DNA of 63,584 bases, counting the filler, from Syncephalis fuscata S228 (lineage: Eukaryota > Fungi > Zoopagomycota): the NCBI GenBank assembly GCA_025786725.1. It is 3 parts of 3 records of this genome, joined end to end, with 100 filler letters (N's around TTAATTAATTAA, not from the genome) between each part and the next. Parts side by side here need not be neighbours in the genome. Positions count along the whole stretch, not along the records: positions 1 to 24,566 come from JAHLTZ010000127.1; positions 24,667 to 51,437 come from JAHLTZ010000109.1; 1 more part is not named here. One strand, given 5' to 3'. Shown here in pieces: positions 23,680 through 36,905 of the stretch. A program made the position numbers and the translations under genes. Under the pieces are notes generated by a model. The model was not told where the DNA came from, searched no databases, and saw only the letters and a program-made list of their open reading frames with translations. How positions within the stretch are numbered: the stretch's first letter is position 1; the number at the start of each line of letters is the position of its first letter.

Positions 23680-24566
23680 TTATAGGATAAGTTTAATATG
23701 GTCATAATCAGTTAGTCTCTCGTTGAATACTGACAGTGGGGATTGCCAAATATCATAATCATTATCAAGAGTATGATCACCCAATGGGCGAAGTGCCAGT
23801 ACCGTTAAATAGTAACGGCCATTAGGTAAATCCGATACAGTGTGCCGATCATCGAGCGATTCAACATCACCAGTCCAGGGAAGGGCCAGTTCATAATTAT
23901 CGGGTGTGTCGTCATTACGGCTTAGTAATTCGCTAATACTATTAGGAACAATACCTAAAAGCTGTTTTGTTTCGGCCGAGTAAATACGAACAAAAGATAG
24001 GCGTGTTGCGTATTCAAGCCGAATGTAGACCCAAGGGAAATCGTAATTTTCATACTATAGGTGGCCGTTTCGTTAGGAAGGGCAATCTGCGTATTATCAT
24101 TTAAATTACGCAAGAATGGATAATTACTGGCCAGATTAAATACGTGAATATCACGGAGACGGCCCTTCATGCCTAAATAAGGCACATAGACGGCATCCTT
24201 ACTGCTCGTACTACTATGACAGCGCCACGATGAATTTGCCGTTGGATCGATCGATAAATAGCCAGAATAAACCCATCTTTCTGCTTCAGGGAGTGATCTT
24301 GGTGGTCGAATGGTTACGGTGATGTCACGTGACTCACCGGCTGGTATTTGAATTTCTTGAGTGGAGAAGGTCACAGCAGCGTAAATACGCTTTTGAAGTG
24401 GTGTAGCTGGGACCATTTGTGAGGCATTAAAGCTTTGTACCGATAGAGCAGGCTGGTGCCTTAAACGATAAGTTTTCGCCTCTTGATCGTTATTGAGAAT
24501 TGTAATAGTTTTTTGAATAGTTGAAGTAGCATCTGCCTGTTGTTGCGTATCATTAAGTGCGAGACG
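23680..24566 (-). CDS. C-terminal part (Fn3-like domain) of an S8 subtilisin-like protease, truncated by the gap
   Basis: RLALNDT...TYRLRHQPALSV...IPAGESRDITVTIRPP...VYSGYLSI...VPYLGMKG is typical of the Fn3-like region of fungal Vpr-type subtilases. There is a 1-nt indel near 24047. Confidence 0.75.
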
Positions 24567-24666
24567 NNNNNNNNNNNNNNNNNNNNNNNNNNNNNNNNNN
24601 NNNNNNNNNNTTAATTAATTAANNNNNNNNNNNNNNNNNNNNNNNNNNNNNNNNNNNNNNNNNNNN
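24567..24666. other. Artificial contig linker (N44-TTAATTAATTAA-N44)
   Basis: N runs flank a 12-nt all-frame stop linker. Confidence 0.97.
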
Positions 24667-25121
24667 TTTTAGCCAAGTTTTTTCCAACAAAGGATAATCA
24701 TTTTTCCATGAATTTCACATTGCAAATAGTCAGTGATATAAGTATGACGAAATAGTACAATTAATGACTGTTTTTTTTGCAAAACTGCATATTACAGTGA
24801 CATTTGACTAAACTATTTAGAAAATGGTTTCAGTGTATGAAAGTGTAGTGCAGTCATGGTTTTAAATGTGCATAACAAATTGCATTTACTAAATAGTAGA
24901 TTTAAATACACTGGCTTAGGCTTTTTGTTTAATTAGAATTAAACAAAGTTTAATAAGTATTGATGTTGTTTATTCTATAAAACTACTTATTCGTAAAATG
25001 CAGCATAAGACTATGTGTGGTTTATACGGCCAAGCCTATCATTCGGAATCAATAAATATAATCTGGAAGGCTACATTTGAATTCAGATATAAAAATTGAT
25101 GGTCTAAAGAATGCTGTCCAA

Positions 25122-27146
25122 TTAGACAGTGCTTGGTGGAAGGGCAGCATCGAAGCCAGTTGGTGTATTAGCTGTTGATACTCCAGTGGCGGTATTGCTA
25201 GTTTGGGATTTATCAGCACTGGCAGACGTGCTGGCACCAGTATTAACATTGCTACTAAGATTAAGATTAATATTAGTATTGTTAGTATGACCGGTGCTAG
25301 CAGTAGTGTTGGCAGTATTGGCAGTGTTGGCAGTATTGGCAGTATTGGCAGTGTTGGCAGTGTTGGCAGTGTTGGCAGTATTGGCATTTGGAATGGTGGA
25401 AGAGCTGGTAGAAAAGCTGGAGTTAGGTAGGCTATTTTGTGTACTCAATGTCGAGTCCAAGTCAGTGCTACTATCTCCATCAAATGAATTATCGAATGAA
25501 TTACCAAAGGTATTATCCGTAGTAAAAGGCTTAGTATTAACACTAGTGGCACTAGCAGTGCTAGTATTCATACCATTGTTTGAGCCGTTGGATAGATTCA
25601 TATCATTGTTTGAACCATTAGATAGATTCATACCATTGCTTGAACCATTAGATAGATTCATACCATTGTTTGAACCATTAGATAGATTCATACCATTGTT
25701 TGAACCATTAGATAGATTCATACCATTGTTTGAACCATTACTCATACTAGTATCAGCTTTCGTAGCCACACCAGAGTTTGTATTGGAACTTGTGCCAGTA
25801 GTCATATCAGTGGCCAGATTCATATTATTGTTTGAACCAGTAAACGAATTCATACCATTGTTTGAGCCGTTGGATAGATTCATATCATTGTTTGAACCAG
25901 TAAACGAATTCATACCATTGTTTGCACCATTAGATAGATTCATACCATTATTTGAACCATTACTCATACTAGTATCAGCTTTCGTAGCCACACCAGAGTT
26001 TGTATTGGAACTTGTGCCAGTAGTCATATCAGTGGCCAGATTCATATTATTGTTTGAACCAGTAAACGAATTCATACCATTGTTTGAGCCGTTGGATAGA
26101 TTCATACCATTGTTTGAGCCAGTAAACGAATTCATACCATTGCTTGAACCATTAGATAGATTCATACCATTGTTTGAACCATTAGATAGATTCATACCAT
26201 TGTTTGAACCATTAGATAGATTCATACCATTGTTTGAACCATTAGATAGATTCATACCATTGTTTGAACCATTACTCATACTAGTATCAGCTTTCGTAGC
26301 CACACCAGAGTTTGTATTGGAACTTGTGCCAGTAGTCATATCAGTGGCCAGATTCATATTATTGTTTGAACCAGTAAACGAATTCATACCATTGTTTGAG
26401 CCGTTGGATAGATTCATATCATTGTTTGAACCAGTAAACGAATTCATACCATTGTTTGCACCATTAGATAGATTCATACCATTATTTGAACCATTACTCA
26501 TACTAGTATCAGCTTTCGTAGCCACACCAGAGTTTGTATTGGAACTTGTGCCAGTAGTCATATCAGTGGCCAGATTCATATTATTATTTGAACCAGTAAA
26601 CGAATTCATACCATTGTTTGAGCCGTTGGATAGATTCATATCATTGTTTGAACCATTAGATAAATTCATACCATTGCTTGAACCATTGGACAAAGTTATA
26701 CCATTGTTTGAACCAGTATTAATACTAGTATCTGTACTAGCACCAATACCAGTAACCACACCATTACGTATAACATTCTTCATACCATTCTCTGTATTAA
26801 TGGCAGAACTGGTAGGCGTAACAGTATTGCCATTTGTAGTAGAGCCGTTATTTAGCGTACCGGAGGTGGAGCCAAAATCAGCGTTATTAATTCCCAATGA
26901 GTTGTCAGTAGCAGGACCAGGTAAATTGGAAGAAGACGCCATAACGGCACCATTGGTGGCCAATGAAGAACTGATTTTGTTCAATGAATTTTCATTGGTA
27001 AAGCCAAAGTTGGTGGGGCTAGCAGTAGTAGTGGAAGCTTGAGTCGAAGTGTTTTCAGTGGTTGTTTGAGGAATTGGAGAAGCGTTAGTCAAAGCCAAAG
27101 CGGCCAAAACCAAGATAGCCGTTAGAGGATAAGCGTGCATTTTCAT
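25122..27146 (-). CDS. Secreted low-complexity Asn/Ser/Gly/Thr repeat protein (674 aa)
   Basis: Intronless ORF with signal peptide MKMHAYPLTAILVLAALALTNA-SP, tandem MNLSNGSNNG decapeptides and a (TAN)n tract. Confidence 0.85.
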   Translation of the reverse strand: MKMHAYPLTAILVLAALALTNASPIPQTTTENTSTQASTTTASPTNFGFTNENSLNKISSSLATNGAVMASSSNLPGPATDNSLGINNADFGSTSGTLNNGSTTNGNTVTPTSSAINTENGMKNVIRNGVVTGIGASTDTSINTGSNNGITLSNGSSNGMNLSNGSNNDMNLSNGSNNGMNSFTGSNNNMNLATDMTTGTSSNTNSGVATKADTSMSNGSNNGMNLSNGANNGMNSFTGSNNDMNLSNGSNNGMNSFTGSNNNMNLATDMTTGTSSNTNSGVATKADTSMSNGSNNGMNLSNGSNNGMNLSNGSNNGMNLSNGSNNGMNLSNGSSNGMNSFTGSNNGMNLSNGSNNGMNSFTGSNNNMNLATDMTTGTSSNTNSGVATKADTSMSNGSNNGMNLSNGANNGMNSFTGSNNDMNLSNGSNNGMNSFTGSNNNMNLATDMTTGTSSNTNSGVATKADTSMSNGSNNGMNLSNGSNNGMNLSNGSNNGMNLSNGSSNGMNLSNGSNNDMNLSNGSNNGMNTSTASATSVNTKPFTTDNTFGNSFDNSFDGDSSTDLDSTLSTQNSLPNSSFSTSSSTIPNANTANTANTANTANTANTANTANTANTTASTGHTNNTNINLNLSSNVNTGASTSASADKSQTSNTATGVSTANTPTGFDAALPPSTV
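25570..26720. repeat. Coding minisatellite: 30-bp units with higher-order blocks
   Basis: The unit ttcataccattgtttgaaccattagataga is repeated. The block encoding MNLATDMTTGTSSNTNSGVATKADTSMSNG occurs four times. Confidence 0.95.
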
Positions 27147-28696
27147 AGTTGTGCTTAGACAAAAAGCAGTAAATCTGTGAGTAGAGGTCGTGTAGAGAGT
27201 TGGAATGCAAGTCTCAAAGAATCAAAAATCGTCTTCAGTAAAATGAAGGAAGGAAGCGTTGCAAAAGTATTGCGTCTAGCAAGTTATGGATAAGAAATAA
27301 GCTTAAACAAGTGCCGGCCATTTTTGCATAGTTTATATAACGTTATATCGCTACGTAAATAGCCTGCGCCCATGATTTCCTAATATAAACAAATAGCGCT
27401 TTTCTCTGTATTATGGCTTGTTTTGGAATGCGCTTTTTCAATCATATCAGACTGCGACGGGCTTTGGGCATATCAGAATGCAACAAAGCTAAGCTCGTTA
27501 AATTGCTAAACCAAAATAAGAAATATTGCTTTATTTAATTTTGTGATGTAAAACACGGAGATTTCGAAAGTAGGAATACGGCCAAAAATGTAAAGGCTTT
27601 AAATAGATTATGTAGAATTCCACTAAATCATAACTTGATAGAGATCAATGTATTAGCATCATCCATTACATTTGATGAGAAGAACTAAAACCAATGTCCA
27701 AATCTATTGATAACGGGTAACTAGAATTTTAAACGGTTAAATTGTTTAAAATTTCATGTAAATTACTACGCTTCGAAAATACTCGATTGCCAAATTAATT
27801 CCATATTTGTTTACTCTAGTATATTTTTGTACACTCAAATACGCATTTAATTGCTATCAACTTAATAATATAAATAAAAGTTGAAATTTTTATTAAAAGA
27901 TATAACTGCAAATAAACCAATAAAAGTCTTGTCATTTTTTGTCGGAAAGCTTTTTCTCAATATTAAGATAGAAAGTTCGCCGACAACTATATGTATTCAT
28001 GCTGTAATCGTTACTATTATAGAAATACTCCTTGTATCAAATACAAAGTCCGTCTCTAGAACTTTGACCAAAATAATTTTTATTTTATTTAGATTTTTTC
28101 ATTTGATTTTTAATTAATCAGTATTGAATTTATAATTACTATGTAATAGCTCAATAATAAATAGCTTTCTAACAAATTGATAGACGAATATAAATATTTA
28201 TAAATTGGATTATTTATTTATTTAAATTTGCGTTTTAATGCTTTAGCATTCTGCTATATGTTAAATGCTTTTGACTATTATGACAATACCGGCTTTTATG
28301 CTGTCGACTCTAACCGTTACGTTTTTATGTGGGCGATCCAGGAACATTATCAGTAATTTATTTAATTAACTATTTTACTCATATTAAAACCGTTAAATTA
28401 ACATTTATCAATATGTTAACACACTAGTACGGTTTCTTAATAGATAACCACCTTTGATAGCAATTGTTGACAATAAAGCTCAAATAATTACCTCTGTCCA
28501 ATTATTTTATAATATATAATACTAAACATTCTAACATCTTGCTTTTATTGATTCAGTAATTAGCTTGATATTTGCTACACTTTTAAGTAAAAAGTTAACA
28601 AAAGCTTTTTAAAACCATTTTAGATTAAACATTAATAGCGTGCTTTATTTATTAATAATCAATAAACATATCAATTACTAAAGCATCAATACTCAA

Positions 28697-31287
28697 CTAA
28701 AGCTGAGCAGCCAATGGCTCTCTCAATTTTACTCGTAATATGTCTATCTGTTCATAAGTAAGCCCACAGCTATGAAGATATGATTCAACGCTGCTGTAAC
28801 GCTCGCGTAATAACGCAATTGTACCAGCCATACAACCTGGTCTGTTATCATTATTATTATCATTGGCTTTAAATCTATATATCGACAATATATCACTTAC
28901 GGCGTTCCAAGCATAGCCTTAGCTTGTTCGACATCAATGTTACCGCTAGACAATTGGACAATCTTGCCAATTGCATAATCCGATGCTATGTTTATTAATT
29001 ACGTTAATCACATTAGTATTATTTAGTAATTTAAAGTACTTACGAGGCGCTAGTGAGCCTGTAAGGCCATAATCCCAGCAAATGTAGCTTTCGTCAACGC
29101 CCGCCAATAGCTGCAAGATCATGGCTACTATTCCGGTACGATCTTTGCCTGCTGAGCAGTTAAAAGCAAATGGACGACCATCTTGTAGAATATATTCACA
29201 AATGCGCTTGAAAACATGTTGTCCCGTCTCCAAGATAGACTCGTATGCTGTATCCATTGTAATGTCAATTACTGCTGTCATCTATAAACTATTATCATCA
29301 CAGCTACCTTTGATAAACCCTTCTGTTCCCTGCGTATACAGGTGAAATCTTTTAACTAATTCAGTAGGCGAGTATTCGCCAATGCTAAATACAGGCAAAT
29401 GCTCAACAGTTACTGATCCCACGTCTCTGAATAAAATGGTTAGGTGTTTAGCTATTTATCTGAAGACAATCTATTACTTACCCGTGAGGCCTAATCTCTA
29501 CTTCCATATCAGAACGTAAGTCAAAAACACGCACAATACCTAATTGTTTTAGCGCATCGCGGCCATTTTCTGTAATCTCTGAAAATCTATTGTAACTCAT
29601 TAGTTTCCAATAAACTGTCCACGCTAAATGCTTACTCGGCACATCGGAATACATATCGTGTACGCATCCAACCACCATGACGAGTGGGATAGCCACCAGC
29701 ATCGCGAAAGTTTCTTACACCTTCAACTGGAATCACCCGAGAGGCCGACATTTGTCGCCAACGAGGATGAATATATACGCCGGGCACTGCAGTGGCTGCC
29801 GTAGATCGTGCCGGGGCTCCAAATAAACCACCGCTCACCTTCACTGCATTCTCCGGTGGAAAAGGCAGCGTAACTAATGCGCCATTTTCACCAAATGTGC
29901 CCAAATCGTGCGTTGTCACACTGTTATGGTCAAAAGGTGGTAGCGTGTCATTAGTGTGATCTACCGCCTTTATTTTCTCAATTTTGTCCAATGATTGTGG
30001 CAAATTGCTATGATCAGCGAATGGCGAGTCAGCCGATGCAACCAAAGTAAGATAACGTTTAGTAACCGCGCACACTTGATCAAAAAAGCCTTTATAGTTG
30101 TGATCGGCACCGGCTATCAGATGAAGCGTGTGCGTTGGAATAAGATTGGCAAAATGGACTGCATTACTGATTGACACCGTCTAAACAATCAAATGCTATT
30201 TAGACATCGTAAATGGCCTGTTGTAATAAACTTACCGTATCTTCTGTTCCATGAATAGTCAGCACCGAAACGCGAGGTGACATATCTATGACTGAAATGT
30301 TGCAATAGTATTAATGTGTTATTAATCGATAAGTATTTAAACCGCTTACCGGCAGACATATCATAGAATGGCACACCAGCGGCATCCTTTTGCGATACTT
30401 CATATGACACAGTTCTTCCTGCTGCAATAAAACTCGTCTGTAATGGCTGCTATTGCGTATTATTATTTCGTCAATAAATATAATATTATTTTAAATCATA
30501 AACAATCTACCTGTTTAAGCAAATTCAACTGATCTTCTGTCGGTATCATATCTGAAAAATCGAACCGAGCACTAATGTTAACAACATGCGGGATTTTATC
30601 ACCATGGATTACTGCATATGTCAAACCTGCCACACTACCTAAATACAGCAATTTAGTTAACGAAATTGTATACATCGACTAGGATTACCCCTAGAATGTC
30701 CAACAATTGCATAAACGTCATAATTGTGCTCTTTGATAAGATAATCTACTGCGCACTCCAAATCATTAACTTCGTCCTAAGGCATTATTATACGCGTTAA
30801 ACATCAATTGCATTTGCTAACATGCGTCATAACCTACAGAGAATCCACCTAAAGTAAATTCGCCCTCACTGCCTCCATTGCCTCGAAAATCAAAGCGGAA
30901 CGTATCGAACGGCAGTTCTCTGGCCAGTTTTGGTAGAAACAAGTAGTTTTTGTGGCCTTCATTGCGTTCAGTTCAGTTACAGCTATAAATACATTCATTG
31001 CCCCTCCTACCTTGATAGCCGTGGCAAAGTATTACAACGCGTTTCCGAGCTGGACCATCTAATACATGGCCTTTTTCGCGCGACCTTGTGCATAGCGTTC
31101 CCGTTAGCAGGTGGCCGTTCCCGTTGACAAACGTGTGGGAGGATTCATGGAGGCCAAGCAGGTTACGATATCCATTTTCTGCTACGATGTAGCGGTCACC
31201 AGCTTCTAGCGGTTGACCAGTACGGCCTGGTGCAGCTGTTGTGTTCGCCTGTGACTCCTGTTGAACATTCACGTTGGTTTCTGACAT
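28697..31287 (-). CDS. Alpha/beta-hydrolase fused to a tyrosine/lipid phosphatase (Y_phosphatase3/PtpB-like)
   Basis: N-half: VILCHGYQGHKNY, FRFDFRGNGGSEG, IVGHSRG, TIHGTED, GADHNY. C-half: VRNFRDAGGY, VFDLRSDME, FNCSAGKDRTG, DYGLT. GADHNY and NFRDAGGY lie in the same ORF (29632-30177). Confidence 0.85.
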
Positions 31288-32458
31288 GTTGAATTTGAAT
31301 TAAACGTCGCCTGAACTCGAGTTAGCAAATAGAGGTGATAGGAATAGAGACAGCGTGGTTGATAGGAAAAAGCTCATCAACATGTACGACATATAATGGC
31401 ATTACTGCGTTTTAAAGACCGATAATATCTGGTTGGTATTGTCGGCAATAGCAAAGCCGATCTTGGGACGCACTTTCCAAGTACGATTCATTTGTAATCG
31501 TACTCCATCAAGTCTTAATCGAGGGGTGTTGAAACTCCGGCTTGAGCCATCTAATAACAAGGCTGTGTATTGCTGACAACATCTGATGATTGGCATAGCC
31601 TTTGAAGCAGGAGGCGCATGCTGTAATTTGACTTTAGGCAGCCAATATTGATATAGCTAACAAGTTTTTCGGTACGGAAAAGTATTGCGCGAGGATAGCT
31701 GAAAACGTGTGTTACATTGAGTCATGTGAAAGACATAACTGCTTGGATTGGTGACTTGTTATCGTTAGTATCGTTATTTGTAGCTGTCGCTAATGTATCA
31801 CCGACAACAAGGCAAGGCCCCAGCATTACACCCATGGCCGATAATAGATGAAATGTAAAACTGGCGTGCTTATAAAACCTATTTAAATATAGTTTTATAT
31901 GAACGTTTGTTATAAATGATATCACGAGATGTCATAAGGGGAGCACGATCGTAGCCCATTCAAGCATCATACTGCTTCAGTCCCCCCCTTTCTTAAATTT
32001 TTTAAAATTGCTGATTGTAGACTGTCGTAAGTTTTTTAGCATAACGAATTAGCAAATATTTTGCTATTAATTGATGGTTGCTAGTAATGGTATTGCTACC
32101 GTGGTTCGGTGCAAATCCAACTGCGCTCATCAATCATACGTGTTTTCCTACATTCTGCCAATCATGGTAGACGCCGCCTAACCATGTGCCTTATCCTAGC
32201 ATGCTCTTCCTTGTACAGTAAACAGCAGGCCGTGTAACCTTTTACGCATGTATCAACTTTAGTCCAAGCACAGTTTGTAGACAGATTCACAGACCTCTGC
32301 GCCTTCTTTTTCTATCTGTTTTCTATCATCCAACTGTTCGTATTTTGATATTAAAGTATTTAATATTTCAGAGTTTTTTCTGTTTGTGCATATTTACCGT
32401 TTTAATAACTTCAATCGCCGACGTTCATTTGATTATAATTAAATCTTGCGGATTATTG

Positions 32459-34532
32459 ATGGCAAAGGCGTTACACATCCCCCGTTGTTGGCAAAAGCTA
32501 TCCTTTCTTTATGGAACGATAATTGCGCTATTGTTTGCCACACTGTGCTGGACAAGTGCTACGGCCGAAATTGTTTTGCGCCCTGGTGCTAGTGGTGGTG
32601 TAAACGCCAGCGACATATCGGAGACTCGATTGCCAACCTATGACTTTTTTCAACGTCAGCAAAGTCCATTTAAACAAACTGGGCTCGCCTTGTTTGTTCA
32701 TTTCGATGACGGCTGTGAATTACAGCTACCGGGTAGCCGTACCAGCGGCAATGTAGAAAATGCTTCCAGTCTAATTGTGGTAGTCAATAATACTATTTAC
32801 AAATCATTATGTGGCTCGTTTAACGAGGTAAGTTACCATTATAGCAATTGTGTGTACACAAGTTTATTGATTACAAGATTAGGCTGCCACTGAAATATAT
32901 GATGCACGAAATGCCTTAAAGACACTAGGCTATCCCCAGCTTAAAGCTATTGTGCTGACGTCACCATTGAGTGAGGATTCAGCCGGAGGTCCATCCGACA
33001 GGTTTTGCAGTGTGCGCGCAGATTACAATTGCTACAAGCTACCATCATTTGCTCGTCAATCGGCATCTGATTCCAATACACAAGATGATGCTAAAAATAG
33101 TACTGATCAGTCTGAGGACGTTGCATTGGTGTTTATGAACAAAGTGGCTGGTAGTACACTTGTGTCGCAAGTGAGCAAAGGGCCCATTGTGATAACTGTT
33201 GAGTCTGGTTAGTTGTTGGTTATTTTGACCATTGCAGATATTAGAACTTGTGTAATTTATAGAAACTGGCGAATGGAACGAGTATTTCCTTTCAAAGCCT
33301 TGGGTCATATTTACCTGGGTGATGTTTGCATTGGTAGGACTATAGTGTTTATTTATATGCATTAATTGCAGTAGTATTAATATGCTGAAATGTAGAATGA
33401 TATTGCTATTTTGATCGCTATTCAACAATTGGTAACAAAATACAATTCTGGCTACGGTGCATTAAAATTTGTTCGTAACAGTGGACTCATTTCAGTTATT
33501 GTTTGTGGAGCATGTAATTATAATCCTGCTTTGGTTGACAATATCTAATTGCCTGATATTGCTCTCTAGTGGACGCTGCATATATTACCATGCCGATACT
33601 TCGGCCAGTTCGTCGTGCTTTATCCGACTTTACTTCTCTATTTTCCGTCATAGCTCTTTTACTATTGCTGTATCTTTGGTAAGTGTTTGAAAGTAATGGT
33701 CTATTACACAGATACTGATTTTTTATTTATTTAACAGGGTCACTTCTTTGCCTACGGCGCGCAACTGGCACCGTTCAGCCATTATAATCACTAGTGGATT
33801 TGTTGCTCTTCTTGAAACAATTGTGTGTGGTGTACATATTTCGCATATTCCCGCGTCATTTAGTTCGGATCATGTTGCGTATAGTTTTACGCAAATGGAT
33901 ACTGCATTGGCATTAGTTCTTATTGTACTCTACGTATTTACTGGTAATGCAATGAAATTCATAGAGAATATATCTAACCTTGTACGTAGCTATCCATTAT
34001 TTCCGCAACTATCGTAAAACTGCGATGACCAATACCGTAAAGCGAGCAACTTTTAAAGTAAGATAGTTAACAGTTTACTATTATTTGATCGACTTACCAT
34101 CGTTACTTATTTGTTAAATAGCTCACTATCGTCACTGGCAGTGTCATGTTAACCTGGCTCGTAGTCGATATTACCGCTTATTCGTACACTACTCCATTGG
34201 CACATACAGCAGGCCACTCAATGATGCTGCAGATATTGCGGGGTACTTTCATTACAATTCGACAATTCGTATTAATATTAGGATTTTCCATGGTAGTTGG
34301 GCGTAATTATCCCGCATCAACTCCACAGTCCCCACGAACACCGCGTATTAATGTTATCGCTACAGGCAATTATGCAAATGCAGGCTCACCATCGCCCATC
34401 TCGCCTGTAGGCACATACACATCTAGGTCAGGACTTAGTAGTCCTAAAAAGCTGTATGAAGATGAAATGGCGGATTTTCCACACGATAGTCGGTTCCCCG
34501 CTTTCCCCGCTTTTATTCCTTTACACAAATAG
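32459..34532 (+). CDS. Ectodomain + 7TM-like receptor-like protein, paralog B
   Basis: Signal peptide, PTYDFF, LGYPQLKAIVL, GGPSDRFC and ITVES-ETGEWNEYFLSKPWVIFTW, then hydrophobic exons and a Ser/Pro-rich tail. Confidence 0.7.
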
Positions 34533-34891
34533 TCAGTATTTCTATGCCAGACTCATATAAATCTGTATACAATTGGCACGTTTTCTCAGTGTATAGTACA
34601 TTTCAACTAAAATTGCTAGTATCGCGTATTGACTACTTAAATCATTGATTATACAGCGTTTATACATAAAATTTTTATTATGGTAAATATATCTCATATC
34701 CCCAGTGCTATAACTACAAAGGTGATAGGCACCGATTATTTAAAAGTAATTATTTGAAAGCAATCTTATAAATAGCAAATTGCTTGATAATTAATAAACT
34801 ATAACTTGACAAATGATAATCTTCAAGCTAGTAGAAATATTACTAAATATTCACTAAATATAATGCATAGGTGTAACTGGTAAATTAGATA

Positions 34892-36905
34892 TTAGAAGGG
34901 ACGATTAGGGTCGACTAGTAAACTAAGGTTGACATAGGCTGATTGCCGGCGACTTGATCGGCCTATAATTGAGCGCCGTGGTATTTCATGGACTGGCCGT
35001 AGTGATTCTGTCGATGTAGTACTTCTATTGTACCAAGTGGAAGTGCGCTCACGCATTGAGTAATTGTCCACTTCTTCGTCTGTTACGCATACGCGTACAA
35101 AATTGATAACAAAAGCATTTTTTAAAGTCATGACAAACATTAATAGATAGAGTATAGTCAGCAATCCTATAGGCTTTTCAGCTAATGATTTAAATGCATA
35201 TAGTATAGCAAGTAATAATAGCAAACTATGAATAAATACTTGTGACATGCACAGCAAGGTCAACTATAATTGTGTTAGAGGTTAAAGGATGACACGTATA
35301 AAGTCGCTTACACGTCGGGTTGCTTTACGTGTTTTTTCGCTAAGTGCTTGAGCACACCATTTTTATGAAAAGCTATTCCTATAATAAAGTATATTAATAA
35401 AAGTTATCTATTGCAAACATTGCTTACCATAAGTTGTAAAGAAAACGATATAACACAAAAATGCAATGCCATTGGCAGCTGTCACAACAATACGTCCTAT
35501 ATAAGTTGGTGCAAATATATTTGGCAAAGCAAGTATATTGCAAATGGCCGCTACTACTACAGCAGTGGCAATAGATATTATGCCAACATAGCAGCATCGG
35601 TGCCATAGAATTGAGCAATATGGCAGTCGTACTAGCCTAAAAATACATAATTACGGCTATTTACTTTGCATTACATGTTATTTTACCCACCATAGAGATG
35701 CCAATAATAGCAAACTAGAATTTCCCATTATATCACCAATTATCTGAACAATATTACGCGAACGACTAAGTAGCGGCTGCGTTGAATAAACAGCTTGGCC
35801 TAAAATGTAATTATTTTTAACAATAGTCATTATCCATTTAATTAGTGATACTTACATAGTGACGAAACAAGAATTAATATATATGCGGTGTTTTTTATGT
35901 TAAATTGAAATTCCTTTCGGAGAATCGATTGAGCAATTCGACAAAGACCAATAAATAAAATAAACCCGTTCTTTGCGTATAACGATAATGTTAGTATAGT
36001 TTTCTAATTCATTTTTACTGCTGGCTTACGGTGCTGGTAATCAGCCACATGAATGCTACATAACTATTGGAAGTAAACTGATCATTCCATGGTCCAGCCT
36101 CTATCGATGTTGTATTAGTATTAAAGACAGTAAATTCAGCTAATTTACCTTCTTGCAATGTTGCTAGCAATACACTATTCTTATTACTTTGAACAGTACT
36201 CCATAGCTCTTGCCCGTCATAATTATTTAATATGGCAATAATAACCTTATTATCTATGTCTGGTGGCTTATAGCATGGGTCATCCAGCATTGAATTACTG
36301 CGGCAATAAGACGCCGAAGGTCCTTGACCATTTCCATCATTGGCTGTAATCAATACTGCCGCTAATTCAGGGTAGCCACTGGTCAACAGTGTTGCTTTAG
36401 AATTAACTATTGCTTGAATTGCCTAAAATAAATAATTTTAACACAATTAGCACACATTGCCATAATCAAAAATACCCACCTCTCTGTAAGATTGGCATCC
36501 ACTAGTGGTCGTTGACTCGGGATTTAACACTATAAATGTTTTATTAGTAGAGCTATTTATTTTCAGTACTTTGGTAGCTGCATCAGAAGGTGCGGGCCAT
36601 GCTTGCAGTGTGCAGTTGTTTGCTAATGATACTGCCACGACGAATCCATTTATTTGACGTGCTGGTTTAGATTGATCAGTTTGCAAAATAGGTGCTGTTT
36701 GAAAATAACTTGATGTGTTATAGCTTCGAGAATTGTTGGCCAGTTGCAATCGAGCTACTACTAGTTGAGGTGTCCATACAAACATAATGGTCATCAATCC
36801 GATCCAATACCAAAACTTTGTCCAGTAGTTGTGACGACTTTTTAATTTTTGAGTCTGTACTGCATTTTCACCACTGCATTGTAAATACAGTTCATTGCAC
36901 TGCAT
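34892..36905 (-). CDS. Ectodomain + 7TM-like receptor-like protein, paralog C (start uncertain)
   Basis: Signal-like segment, SGYPELAAVLI, GQGPSASYC and LATLQE-AGPWNDQFTSNSYVAFMWLI, then hydrophobic exons. It converges with paralog B. Confidence 0.7.

Noticed and set aside
24567-24666. TTAATTAATTAA palindrome within N runs (also 51438-51537)
   Set aside because: Artificial contig linker; adjacency across it carries no biological meaning.
25294-27042. 582-aa plus-strand ORF (FIPLFEPLDR repeats)
   Set aside because: It is the antisense shadow of the repeat protein; a stop-free repeat unit propagates an open frame. The minus strand has the ATG and signal peptide.
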